Assembly (NCBI GenBank): GCA_016198755.1
Contig: JACQIB010000002.1
Coordinates: 32,001-96,000 of the forward strand
Reading direction: 5' to 3'
DNA length: 64,000 bases
Source: Candidatus Aenigmatarchaeota archaeon
GTDB lineage: Archaea; Aenigmatarchaeota; Aenigmatarchaeia; Aenigmatarchaeales; JACQIB01
A program made the translations under genes and the position numbers. Below, piece after piece: positions 45,911-54,928 of the stretch. How positions within the stretch are numbered: the first letter of the stretch is position 1; each line of letters begins with the position of its first letter. The notes under the pieces are model-generated. The model saw only the letters and a program-made list of their open reading frames with translations, made no database searches and was not told where the DNA came from.

Positions 45911-47227
45911 ATGCATGAGCTTGAGAACTTTTTCAATCCAACTTCAGTGGCTGTTATAGGTGCCAGCCATACACCAGGCAAGGTAGGCTATGTTATAGTT
46001 GATAGCCTTAAAAGCTCTTTTCATGGTAAAATATACCCTATAAACCCTTCTGTTACAGAAATATTGGGTTTACCGGCGTATACATCTGTAAATAACGTTA
46101 CAGAGCCAATAGACCTAGCTATAATAGCTGTGCCGGCAGAAACTGTAAATTCTGTTTTAGAAGAGGTTATACAGCACAAAATTAAGTCTGTAATTATAGT
46201 TTCAAGCGGTTTTACAGGCGTTGAAGATAAAGAAAGGTATAAAACACTTGAAAATCTTATTAAGAAGTCAAAAATCCGAGTTATAGGACCTAGCTCCTTG
46301 GGGACCTTTACAAGTAAGCTAGATATGTTCTTTCTGCCAAGAGAAAGGTTCAAAAGACCTCCTGAAGGTTATATAAGCTTTATAAGCCAGTCCGGATCCG
46401 TAGGAGCAATGCTTTTAGACCTTATTTCTTCAGAAGGTGTTGGTATAAGCAAATTTGCTTCTTTTGGAAGCAGAAGTGATGTGTCTGAAATAGAGCTTTT
46501 AGACTATTTAGGAAAGGATTTGCAGACCCGTTGTATAGCTCTGTATATAGAATCCCTGAAAGATGGAAAAGCTTTTATTGAAGTTGCAAAGAAAGTTGTA
46601 AAGACAAAGCCTATTGTTGCACTCAAAGGAGGAAAGGACAGTGCAGAAATATATTCTGCTGCTTTCAAACAAGCCGGAATTATTGAAGCAAAAACAACTG
46701 AGGAATTATTTGATTTTGCAAAGGTTCTTGCAAATCAGCCGCTTCCAGCCTCAAAGAAAATAGCTATTGTAACAGAAGGGAGTGGATTGGGTGTTATTGC
46801 TGCAAATTCTCTTGTTTCCCTTGGGCTTGAGATTGCAGAATTTTCAAAAGAAACAGTAAAACCATTTAAAAATTTAGGATTTACAACACTTCCAAATCCT
46901 GTGGATTTGGGTGGAGAAAGCAATGTTGAGCGCTACCAGAAGGCGTTAGATGCGGTTTTCAAAGACAAGGCTGTCGCAGGAGTTATTTGCATACCTCTTT
47001 TCCAAACACCTTCAATTGAAGATAGTATTGTTGATATTTTAAGAGACTGTAAAATATATGGAAAGCCTCTTATTGTTTGTGCAGCAGGCGGGGAGCACAC
47101 ACAGAAACTCTCAAGAAAACTGGAAGCTGTTGGTATTCCTGTTTATCAGACTCCTGAAAGGGCAGCAAAAGCAATGTCCATCCTTTCTAAACAGCCTGTA
47201 CAGGTTCCAGCTAAAGCCAAAAAGTAA
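45911..47227 (+). CDS. ADP-forming acyl-CoA synthetase alpha-subunit homolog lacking the phospho-His segment
   Basis: FFNPTSVAVIGAS..PGKVG, IYPINP, DLAIIAVPA, ISQSGS, LYIES, NPVDL, TPERA. The SHTG motif is absent. Confidence 0.88.
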   Translation: MHELENFFNPTSVAVIGASHTPGKVGYVIVDSLKSSFHGKIYPINPSVTEILGLPAYTSVNNVTEPIDLAIIAVPAETVNSVLEEVIQHKIKSVIIVSSGFTGVEDKERYKTLENLIKKSKIRVIGPSSLGTFTSKLDMFFLPRERFKRPPEGYISFISQSGSVGAMLLDLISSEGVGISKFASFGSRSDVSEIELLDYLGKDLQTRCIALYIESLKDGKAFIEVAKKVVKTKPIVALKGGKDSAEIYSAAFKQAGIIEAKTTEELFDFAKVLANQPLPASKKIAIVTEGSGLGVIAANSLVSLGLEIAEFSKETVKPFKNLGFTTLPNPVDLGGESNVERYQKALDAVFKDKAVAGVICIPLFQTPSIEDSIVDILRDCKIYGKPLIVCAAGGEHTQKLSRKLEAVGIPVYQTPERAAKAMSILSKQPVQVPAKAKK

Positions 47228-47290
47228 GTTCTGCAAAAAGCGAACCCTTAAGTGAAAGAGTTATATACCAGTTTTTTTGAAAGAGAACGA

Positions 47291-48586
47291 ATGCTCCGCT
47301 CCACATTTTTTGTTTTATTCTCCTCTTTGCTTCTTTTCCCAGCAGTTGTGCAGGCTGTTGTTATAAGTGAAATAATGTATGCTCCCTCAGGTGATTATGG
47401 CCCGTTTTACAATGAATGGGTAGAACTTTACAATCCCTCTGATTCTGAGGAACAGTTAGGAAACTGGATACTTAACGGAACAATAAGCTCTACTTTTATT
47501 TTTCCTAACAATACAAACCTCCCAGCAAAAGGATTTATTATTATATCAAAGAACCTTACCCGCTTTAATGAAGTTTACAGTGCAAGCTGCGAAAAGCTTA
47601 TAGATAATTTTTCTCTGGGAAACAACGGAGACTGGATAGATATATACAGTTTTTCAAACAACTCTTACAAATCCGAGGCTTCAGTAAACTATAAACCTGA
47701 ATGGGGAGGCAACAGGACAAACCGTTCTTTGGAAAAGAACAGCACAGGCTATTTTGAAAGCTCTGTTTTAGGCGGAACTCCCTGCTACCAGAACAGCATT
47801 ATTCTAACCACAACAACATCTACTACAAACACGGGTTTAACCACAACAACTATTCCCAGCCAAACAACTACTTCCATAAGAGAAACAACAACTACAACTC
47901 TTTCTATACAGGATCAGCAGGATTTTTCAGGCCAGCAGCAAACCTTTGGCAGATGGAAATTTTCCTCTTCTGAGTTTGATAAAGCAGTATTCGGGGATAA
48001 CAAAACAATAAGCGGGAGCTTTTACTCTGGTGACGGAAGGTTTGTAAAGCTCTCTTTCGTTTCCTATATTTTCAAGCCAGACTGGATTTCTATTGATAGT
48101 AAAGGCAAAATACTCAGGAGCAACCTTGCAGAAGCTGATACAGCCCAAGTTTTTGAAATGGTTGGCAGAAATGAAACTCTTAATTTTTCTATCCCACTTT
48201 TCCTGTATGAAAACTGCAACTACATATACCCTCCAGGTGAGTATACAGCAAGAGTAAGAGCTTACGAGTATAACAGAACAAGAGATTGGAACCCTGTTGC
48301 ATGGAAGGATTTTCCTGTTCTAATAGGAGACAATCCATCCTGCTCAGAGGAGAGGGGCAATATAACAGGAACACCCTTTGCTAAAGAGCAAAATAGAGCC
48401 AGTGGAGCAACAGGATTCTCAATTTTTCCAATAAAAGACTATAATGTGGTAATAGCAGGTGCTGTTATTCTGGTTTCAGCTCTTTTGCTAAAATATAGGA
48501 AAAAATTCACACAGCAACAGTATCGTTCAGGAACTTCTGAAGCAAAATTTCCGCAAGCCCAGAATATTCTCCCCACAACTTTTTAG
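47291..48586 (+). CDS. Secreted lamin-tail-domain surface protein with Thr-rich linker and C-terminal TM anchor
   Basis: Signal peptide, VVISEIMYAP...EWVELYN...LGNNGD...GTP, poly-Thr, C-terminal hydrophobic helix followed by KYRKK. Confidence 0.82.
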   Translation: MLRSTFFVLFSSLLLFPAVVQAVVISEIMYAPSGDYGPFYNEWVELYNPSDSEEQLGNWILNGTISSTFIFPNNTNLPAKGFIIISKNLTRFNEVYSASCEKLIDNFSLGNNGDWIDIYSFSNNSYKSEASVNYKPEWGGNRTNRSLEKNSTGYFESSVLGGTPCYQNSIILTTTTSTTNTGLTTTTIPSQTTTSIRETTTTTLSIQDQQDFSGQQQTFGRWKFSSSEFDKAVFGDNKTISGSFYSGDGRFVKLSFVSYIFKPDWISIDSKGKILRSNLAEADTAQVFEMVGRNETLNFSIPLFLYENCNYIYPPGEYTARVRAYEYNRTRDWNPVAWKDFPVLIGDNPSCSEERGNITGTPFAKEQNRASGATGFSIFPIKDYNVVIAGAVILVSALLLKYRKKFTQQQYRSGTSEAKFPQAQNILPTTF

Positions 48587-49289
48587 CTTCTTCCTTTCCA
48601 GATTTGTTATCAGCCCTAACTTTATAGTGTTCCCTTAAAATCCTTTCAGTTAGAGTATCCCAATAAAATCCTGAAAAGTCCCTTCTCTGAAAAATGTTAA
48701 ACAATGCAGCACTATACTTTCCAACACCCTTTATTTTTGTCAGCTCTCGTGGTATAGCTCCAGACAGGAAAATTTTTGCCAGCCCGACAATAAAAGGAGC
48801 CTTATACCCGAGTTTTAGTTTCCTGAGTTTTTCCTGATCCAGATAGTTTTCAGGCACAAAATTCAGTTCTGCGCAAAGCTTTTGCATTGTTTGCAAATAG
48901 TTCCTGAAAGAGTTATTCTGGGAAACAATAGCCCCTACAAGAGCCTCAAAATCAGAGAAAGCTGAAACCATTCTAGTTCCCTTTATCCTTGGCAGCAATT
49001 TATTAAGAACTATATCCTGCCTGCAAAGTTCATAGAACCTTCCCATGTTTTCATTTACTCCAAGACAGAATGCAACCCTTTCCTTAACAATTTTTTCCTC
49101 TTCCTTTGAAAGTTTTCTATCCACATTAACAGTTAATTTTCCATCTTTTTGTGAAAACCCCAGTTTCGCAGGCTTTCCATTTATAAAAACAACTCTGCTG
49201 GGTTCAGGAGAGTAGAAAAAGTAAAACGGCTTTCCCTGCAGTATTTTTAGAAAATCAAAATCTTCCTGAACATTAAACTCTAATTTCAT
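48507..49289 (-). CDS. AlkA-like HhH DNA glycosylase
   Basis: FEALVGAIVSQN, LGYKA, LTKIKGVGKYSA (HhH), WD, WGEYSGLA. Start at ATG 49289. Confidence 0.8.
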   Translation of the reverse strand: MKLEFNVQEDFDFLKILQGKPFYFFYSPEPSRVVFINGKPAKLGFSQKDGKLTVNVDRKLSKEEEKIVKERVAFCLGVNENMGRFYELCRQDIVLNKLLPRIKGTRMVSAFSDFEALVGAIVSQNNSFRNYLQTMQKLCAELNFVPENYLDQEKLRKLKLGYKAPFIVGLAKIFLSGAIPRELTKIKGVGKYSAALFNIFQRRDFSGFYWDTLTERILREHYKVRADNKSGKEEAKKLWGEYSGLAEILLQKFLNDTVAV

Positions 49290-49356
49290 ACCATATGCTT
49301 TGCAAACTAAATGTTTAAAAGGGTTGGGTTTGCAGTCTGATACAGAAGTGTTGGAA

Positions 49357-52140
49357 GTGGTTAGTGTATTCACCTTACTTAATAATAGGGTAAAAGAGCT
49401 AGCCGTATCTAGATTTTCTGCACCCACTGAAATACAAAAAAATGCTATTCCGCTTGTTTTAGAGGGTAAAAACGTGCTTGTTATAGCCCAGACAGGCTCT
49501 GGCAAAACAGAAAGCCTTATGCTACCTGTTTTCAGCAAAATGCTTGAGCTTGAGAAAATGCCAATAACAACCCTTTACATAACACCTCTCAGAGCACTGA
49601 ACAGGAACATGTTCGAAAGGCTTATTTGGTGGTGCAATTCTTTGGGTTTTGAAGCTTCTGTTCGTCACGGAGATACAACCCAGTCAGAAAGAAAGCTCCA
49701 GACAGAATACCCCCCAGACCTTCTGATAACAACTCCGGAGCAGCTAAATTCAATGATTTTAGGAAAAAGGCTCAGGGAATTCATGAAAAACATAAAGTTT
49801 ATTGTTGTGGATGAAGTACATGAGTTAATAGACAGCAAGCGCGGAGTTCAACTGGCTGTTGTTCTTGAAAGAATAAAAGAACTCTGCGGAAAACCCCAGA
49901 TTTTAGCTCTCTCAGCTACAGTTGGAAGTCCTGAAGAAGCTGCAAAGTTTATTGGCTGCAGCTCCGTTGTTTCCTCAACTGAAGCAAAATTACTTAATAT
50001 AAAAGTTGAAGCTCCGACTCCTGGAGCTGAGGACAAAATACTTGCTGAAAAAGTGTTTATAGGGGATAGTATTGCAGCAAGACTGAGAAGAATAGCAGAG
50101 CTGACAAAAACCCATCACTCAGTCTTAACTTTTACAAATACAAGGGAAGCTGCTGAAGTCCTCTCTTCCAGATTAAGGTTATTTGAAACAGGACAGAAGC
50201 ATGAAGTTCACCATTCCTCCCTCTCGAAAGAAGTAAGAGTTAAGGTAGAAAAAGATTTCAAAGAAGAGGTTTTGAAAAGCATTATATGCACAAGCAGCCT
50301 CCAGCTTGGGATAGATATAGGCAGCATAGACCTTGTTATACAATATCAAAGCCCAAGAGAAGTAACACAGCTAACACAGAGGATTGGCAGGGCAGGGCAT
50401 TCCATTGAAAAGGTTTCTGAGGGCATTATAATATCAGGTGAAGGAGACGATCTCTTTGAATCCACTGTTATAGCAAGGAAGGCTCTGGCAGGCGAACTGG
50501 AACCAATAAGGTTTTATGAAAATTGTTTTGATGTTTTAACACACCAACTTGTGGGTATAGCTTCTGAAACCTATGGAATTGACATAAAAAAGGCATTATC
50601 AATTATACAGAGAGCCTATCCATACAGGAACCTTTCAGAAAAAGATTTTTCAGAGCTGATAAAGTTTCTTGAAACAATACATATTCTCTGGAGCAGCAGT
50701 GGTTTGCATAGAGGAAGAAAAGCCCTGCAATATTATTTTGAAAATCTTTCAGTTATACCAGACAACAAATCCTACAAAGTTATAGATATGGCTGCCAACA
50801 GCCCTGTAGGTAGTTTGGACGAGGCATTTGTTGCAGAGCACTGTTTACCCGGAGCAACTTTTATCTTCAAAGGCAGGCCATGGGCTGTTATTTCAGTTGA
50901 AAAGGATAAAGTTTTTGCCCAAGCTTCAGCAGATATAGAATCTTCTGTTCCAGCATGGCAGGGAGAGCTTATTCCAGTTCCTTATTCAATTGCGCAGGAA
51001 GTTGCAGCTCTCAGAAAATTAATAGCAGACAATATTGAAAAGAAGAACTTGACAGAGCTTTTAAAGGAAAAATATCCTATCTCCAGTTCTGTAGCAGAGA
51101 AAATGACTTCTATTATAAAAAAGCAGGTAAAATTCTTTATACCAGATGAGAAAACCCTTGTTTTTGAAACCTATGGGGACTTTACTGTTCTCCACTCACC
51201 ATTTGGCTCTCTCGTTAATGAAACACTGAGCAGGTTTATTTCAGCCCTTATAGCAGCTGAAACAGGCTCTTCAGTTAATACAAAATCAGACCCTTATAGG
51301 ATAGTTTTTTCCCAGATTCTACCGGAAGCTATAAAACGTGTTCTTCTCCAATACAAACCAGAGGATATTGGTATTATTCTGGAAAAATCCCTTGTAAACA
51401 GCAGTTTGTTCAAGCACAGGTTCCTGCATGTTGCAAAAAGGTTCGGTGCAGTCAGAAGAGATGCTTCCCTTGAAAAGATAAGTATGGACAGGATTATACG
51501 TGCTTTCGAAGGAACACCTGTAATAAAGGAAACTTTGCGTGAGCTTTTTATTGAAAAGCTTGATTTGTCAGGTGCAGAGTCTGTTCTGCGGGAGCTGCAG
51601 AAGGGAAAGCTAGAAATAAAAGAGTTTGCAGGATTGAGCCCGCTTGGGGAAGAGGGATTAAAATACGAGCTGCATGATATTGCAAAACCTGACAGGCCAG
51701 AAGCTGAGATAATGAGAATATTCAAGCAGCGTCTGCTTGGAACCAAACTCCGGTTGGTTTGTGTAAACTGCGGCAAATATTCTATTACAAAATTTGTAAA
51801 GGATATAGATGAAGAGCCGCGCTGTTCCAAGTGCAAAAGCAAGCTGCTTGCAGCACTCAGCCCATATGAAACAGAAATGCAGAATATTGTGAAGAAGAGG
51901 CTTTCAGGAAAATCTTTAGTTGCAGATGAGCATAAAAGACTTGAGAGAGCCAAGAGATCTGCAGACATGGTAATTGTCTACGGAAAGAAAGCCTGCATTG
52001 CTTTAGCAGGGAGGGGAGTAGGTCCCCAAACAGCTTCGCGTATCCTTGCCAGAATGCACCGCACTGATCAGGAGTTTTACAAGGATATTTTAAAGGCTGA
52101 AAAGCAGTTCATAGAAACCAAAAAATTCTGGAGCACATGA
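49357..52140 (+). CDS. lhr: Lhr-family SF2 DEAD/DEAH-box helicase with C-terminal Zn finger
   Basis: AQTGSGKT, TPLRALN, RHGDT, TTPE, DEVH, LSAT, HHSS, QRIGRAGH, HSPFG..VN, CVNC...CSKC. Start codon approximate. Confidence 0.92.
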   Translation: MVSVFTLLNNRVKELAVSRFSAPTEIQKNAIPLVLEGKNVLVIAQTGSGKTESLMLPVFSKMLELEKMPITTLYITPLRALNRNMFERLIWWCNSLGFEASVRHGDTTQSERKLQTEYPPDLLITTPEQLNSMILGKRLREFMKNIKFIVVDEVHELIDSKRGVQLAVVLERIKELCGKPQILALSATVGSPEEAAKFIGCSSVVSSTEAKLLNIKVEAPTPGAEDKILAEKVFIGDSIAARLRRIAELTKTHHSVLTFTNTREAAEVLSSRLRLFETGQKHEVHHSSLSKEVRVKVEKDFKEEVLKSIICTSSLQLGIDIGSIDLVIQYQSPREVTQLTQRIGRAGHSIEKVSEGIIISGEGDDLFESTVIARKALAGELEPIRFYENCFDVLTHQLVGIASETYGIDIKKALSIIQRAYPYRNLSEKDFSELIKFLETIHILWSSSGLHRGRKALQYYFENLSVIPDNKSYKVIDMAANSPVGSLDEAFVAEHCLPGATFIFKGRPWAVISVEKDKVFAQASADIESSVPAWQGELIPVPYSIAQEVAALRKLIADNIEKKNLTELLKEKYPISSSVAEKMTSIIKKQVKFFIPDEKTLVFETYGDFTVLHSPFGSLVNETLSRFISALIAAETGSSVNTKSDPYRIVFSQILPEAIKRVLLQYKPEDIGIILEKSLVNSSLFKHRFLHVAKRFGAVRRDASLEKISMDRIIRAFEGTPVIKETLRELFIEKLDLSGAESVLRELQKGKLEIKEFAGLSPLGEEGLKYELHDIAKPDRPEAEIMRIFKQRLLGTKLRLVCVNCGKYSITKFVKDIDEEPRCSKCKSKLLAALSPYETEMQNIVKKRLSGKSLVADEHKRLERAKRSADMVIVYGKKACIALAGRGVGPQTASRILARMHRTDQEFYKDILKAEKQFIETKKFWST

Positions 52141-52188
52141 CAAATCTATATAAATTATAGTCTTGCGTATTATACACGGAGATTAAGA

Positions 52189-53160
52189 ATGAATTATCGT
52201 AGACTAGGCAGAACTGGATTTGAAGTCAGTGAAATTGGGCACGGTCTATGGGGAATGGGATTGTGGAGCGGTTCTGATGATAAGGAATCAAAAACAGCAC
52301 TTCAGCTTTCTTTGGATAGCGGCTGCAACTTCTTTGATTCTGCATGGGCATATGGCGACGGCAGAAGTGATAGCCTACTAGGTGAATTAATAAGGAACAA
52401 TCCAGACAAGAGAATTCTCACGTCCTCTAAGATACCTCCAAAGAACATGAAGTGGCCAGCTTCTTCAACTGACAAGTATGAAGACGTATACCCACTGGAT
52501 CATGTGCTTAAGTATACAGAACTTATCAAGAAAGCTCTGGGTGTAGAATCCATAGATGTATTGCATCTCCATGTATGGGATGATAGCTGGGCAGATAACA
52601 GTGTTTTTTTGAAGACTGCCCAGAAACTCAAAGATGAGGGGCTTATACGGACTTTTGCCATAAGTCTTAACAGATGGGAGCCGGAAAATGGAATAGAAGC
52701 CATTAAAACTGGTCTCATTGATGTTGTTCAGGTTATATATAACATTTTTGACCAAGCACCCGAAGATAAACTCTTTCCTCTATGCAAAAAGATGGATGTT
52801 GGTATAATAGCCCGTGTTCCATTGGATGAAGGAAGCTTGGGTGGTAAGCTTACTATAAATACAAAATTTCCCCCTAGTGATTGGAGAGCTAAATATTTTG
52901 GTCCTGAAAATTTATCTAAAACAATAGAGCGCGTTGAAAACCTAAAATCTATTGTACCGAATGGTATGACATTGCCTGAAATGGCCTTACGGTTTATACT
53001 TACAAACAAACAGGTTGGCACAACTATAATAGGAATGAGGAAACTCGAACACATAAAATCAAATTTTTCTGCCAGCGATAAGGGCCCGCTAGATGCGAAT
53101 CTAATTGAAATACTGCACAACCATAGATGGGACAGGAAAGTTAAATCGTGGTCCAACTAG
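52189..53160 (+). CDS. Aldo/keto reductase
   Basis: YRRLGRTGFEVSEIGHG, FFDSAWAYGDG.S, SK, QVIYNIF, ARVPL, ALRFIL. Confidence 0.92.
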   Translation: MNYRRLGRTGFEVSEIGHGLWGMGLWSGSDDKESKTALQLSLDSGCNFFDSAWAYGDGRSDSLLGELIRNNPDKRILTSSKIPPKNMKWPASSTDKYEDVYPLDHVLKYTELIKKALGVESIDVLHLHVWDDSWADNSVFLKTAQKLKDEGLIRTFAISLNRWEPENGIEAIKTGLIDVVQVIYNIFDQAPEDKLFPLCKKMDVGIIARVPLDEGSLGGKLTINTKFPPSDWRAKYFGPENLSKTIERVENLKSIVPNGMTLPEMALRFILTNKQVGTTIIGMRKLEHIKSNFSASDKGPLDANLIEILHNHRWDRKVKSWSN

Positions 53161-53654
53161 GGCCAATTATCCTCTTCCCAGTTCCTTTTTTTGTTATAAA
53201 GCAAAGCCATACCAAACAGAAGGGAAGATAGCCTGTTAAGGAATTTTTGGATAAGAGTATTACACTTTACTTTCCATGTTTCAATCTCAGCTTTTCTTGC
53301 CAGAGCACGTGCATACTGTAAATGGGAAGCTGGACCTGCAGGCAGTACAAAGTTCTTCAGTTCTTGAGTTTTAGCTCCAATTTTATCTGTTTCTGTCTGC
53401 AGCCATGACATGTCTGTTTCAGTAAGTTTTACATTCCCTCCAGCTAAATCAGAGCCAATAACAAACAGCTTCCTCTGAACTTCTTTCAAAATTGAATCCA
53501 CTTCATTATCTTTACAATTTTCCCTGCAAACTCCAATATAGCTGTTAAGTTCATCCACAGTTCCTATAGCTCCTATCAACGGTTCTGTTTTCTTTATTCT
53601 ACAGCCGAAAACAGAAGTATCTCCCTTATCCCCAGTTCCAGTATAGAGTTTCAT
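53157..53654 (-). CDS. PduO-type cob(I)alamin adenosyltransferase
   Basis: KLYTGTGDKGDT, GTVDELNS, FVLP, RALARKAE, LNRLSSLLF. Confidence 0.9.
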   Translation of the reverse strand: MKLYTGTGDKGDTSVFGCRIKKTEPLIGAIGTVDELNSYIGVCRENCKDNEVDSILKEVQRKLFVIGSDLAGGNVKLTETDMSWLQTETDKIGAKTQELKNFVLPAGPASHLQYARALARKAEIETWKVKCNTLIQKFLNRLSSLLFGMALLYNKKRNWEEDNWP

Positions 53655-53682
53655 GTGTAAAATTTGCAGTGCCAGCTTAAAT

Positions 53683-54822
53683 CTATAATCCCCGTCCCAA
53701 CTCAATAATCCTTGCCCCTTCCAAAGCTTTCTCAACAAGTTTTTCCATATCTATAGAGCTTTCAGCCTGTTTCATGTTTTCAGGCTTTGCGCTTGTTGCA
53801 GGGTGAGGGTCCATTATTGAAATGCAGCAATCTCTATACTTTTCCAGAGATATTTTATAGGTACCAACTTTTTCAGCAAGCTGTATTATCTCCCGTTTAT
53901 CAAATCCAACCAAAGGCCTGAATACAGGCAAATTTATCCCCTCTTCCACAACTCGCATGTTGCTCAATGTTTGTGAGGCAACCTGTCCAACGCTCTCCCC
54001 AGTAACAATTCCCAGCGCCTTTTCTCTATCAGCTATTTTCTCAGCACAGCGCAGCATAAACCTGCGAAAGGAAAGCAAAGCAAACCTTGAGGGTATTTTC
54101 AGGGAACCAAGCTGGAAAGGATAGAAAGGTACAAGATAAACCTTTAATTGAGAAGGGAAATATTCTTTCAGCTTTCCAATAAGTTTTTCTATCTTCCCAA
54201 AATCTGCCTTATCTTTTGGACCGAAAGGATGGAAATGTACAAATATTGGAGTGCAGCCGCGTTTCATCATTAGCCAGCTTGAAACCGGAGAGTCTATACC
54301 TCCGGAAAGCAGGGAAACAACCTTCCCAGCGCTTCCAGCAGGCAACCCTCCCAATCCCCTGAATTTTCCAAGAAAAACTAAACTCTCCTTTTTATCAGCT
54401 TCAATATACAAAACCTGCTCAGGTTCCATTGAAACCTTATATTTTTTGTTAAAGAAAACCTCACCAATTTTTGCAGCCAGTTCCTGAGAAGTATAAGGAA
54501 GAGTTTTGTCCACTCTTTTTGCTTCCACTTTAAAGGTTTTTTTCTTATCCATCTTTAGCTTGAGTGCTGTTGACTTTATTGACTTAAAATCACTCTTAGA
54601 TTTCAAAGGAAACGAGAACCATTCTATACCAAAAATCTTTTCCATAGCTTCCTTAACTCTTTTTTCAGTTCCAGTAAACTTTATAATTATTTTTCCATGT
54701 TCTCTTTTAACCTTTGCTTTAGGCAGCGCAGCCTTTATGCTCCTTTCCAATAAGCTTTCAAAGTAGGGCCTGTTCCCGCCCTTAAGCGCTATTTCTCCAT
54801 AATGAACTAAAGCCAGTGTCAT
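53683..54822 (-). CDS. thiI: tRNA 4-thiouridine synthase ThiI (THUMP plus PP-loop, no rhodanese domain)
   Basis: YGEIALKGGNR, GLGGLP, LLSGGIDSPV, TGESVGQVASQT, RP, DCC. Confidence 0.95.
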   Translation of the reverse strand: MTLALVHYGEIALKGGNRPYFESLLERSIKAALPKAKVKREHGKIIIKFTGTEKRVKEAMEKIFGIEWFSFPLKSKSDFKSIKSTALKLKMDKKKTFKVEAKRVDKTLPYTSQELAAKIGEVFFNKKYKVSMEPEQVLYIEADKKESLVFLGKFRGLGGLPAGSAGKVVSLLSGGIDSPVSSWLMMKRGCTPIFVHFHPFGPKDKADFGKIEKLIGKLKEYFPSQLKVYLVPFYPFQLGSLKIPSRFALLSFRRFMLRCAEKIADREKALGIVTGESVGQVASQTLSNMRVVEEGINLPVFRPLVGFDKREIIQLAEKVGTYKISLEKYRDCCISIMDPHPATSAKPENMKQAESSIDMEKLVEKALEGARIIELGRGL

Positions 54823-54928
54823 GAGAAGAGTTGGATAATAGAGGATATAAATAGAAAGCCCATGTCTCTGCAAAACTTACAATTTTTACTGCTATCTTTA
54901 TATATGTTATATAAACATAAGTAATTTT

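Noticed and set aside
49290-49538. Apparent long head-to-head overlap of alkA-like and lhr ORFs
   Set aside because: An artefact of maximal ORF extension. Plausible starts at 49289 (minus) and about 49357 (plus) leave a normal divergent promoter gap.
51294-51968. 224-aa antisense ORF inside lhr, and similar antisense ORFs inside cdc48, topA, ileS and the GT genes
   Set aside because: Fully nested opposite well-supported genes, with Ser/Phe/Leu-rich shadow composition and no motifs.
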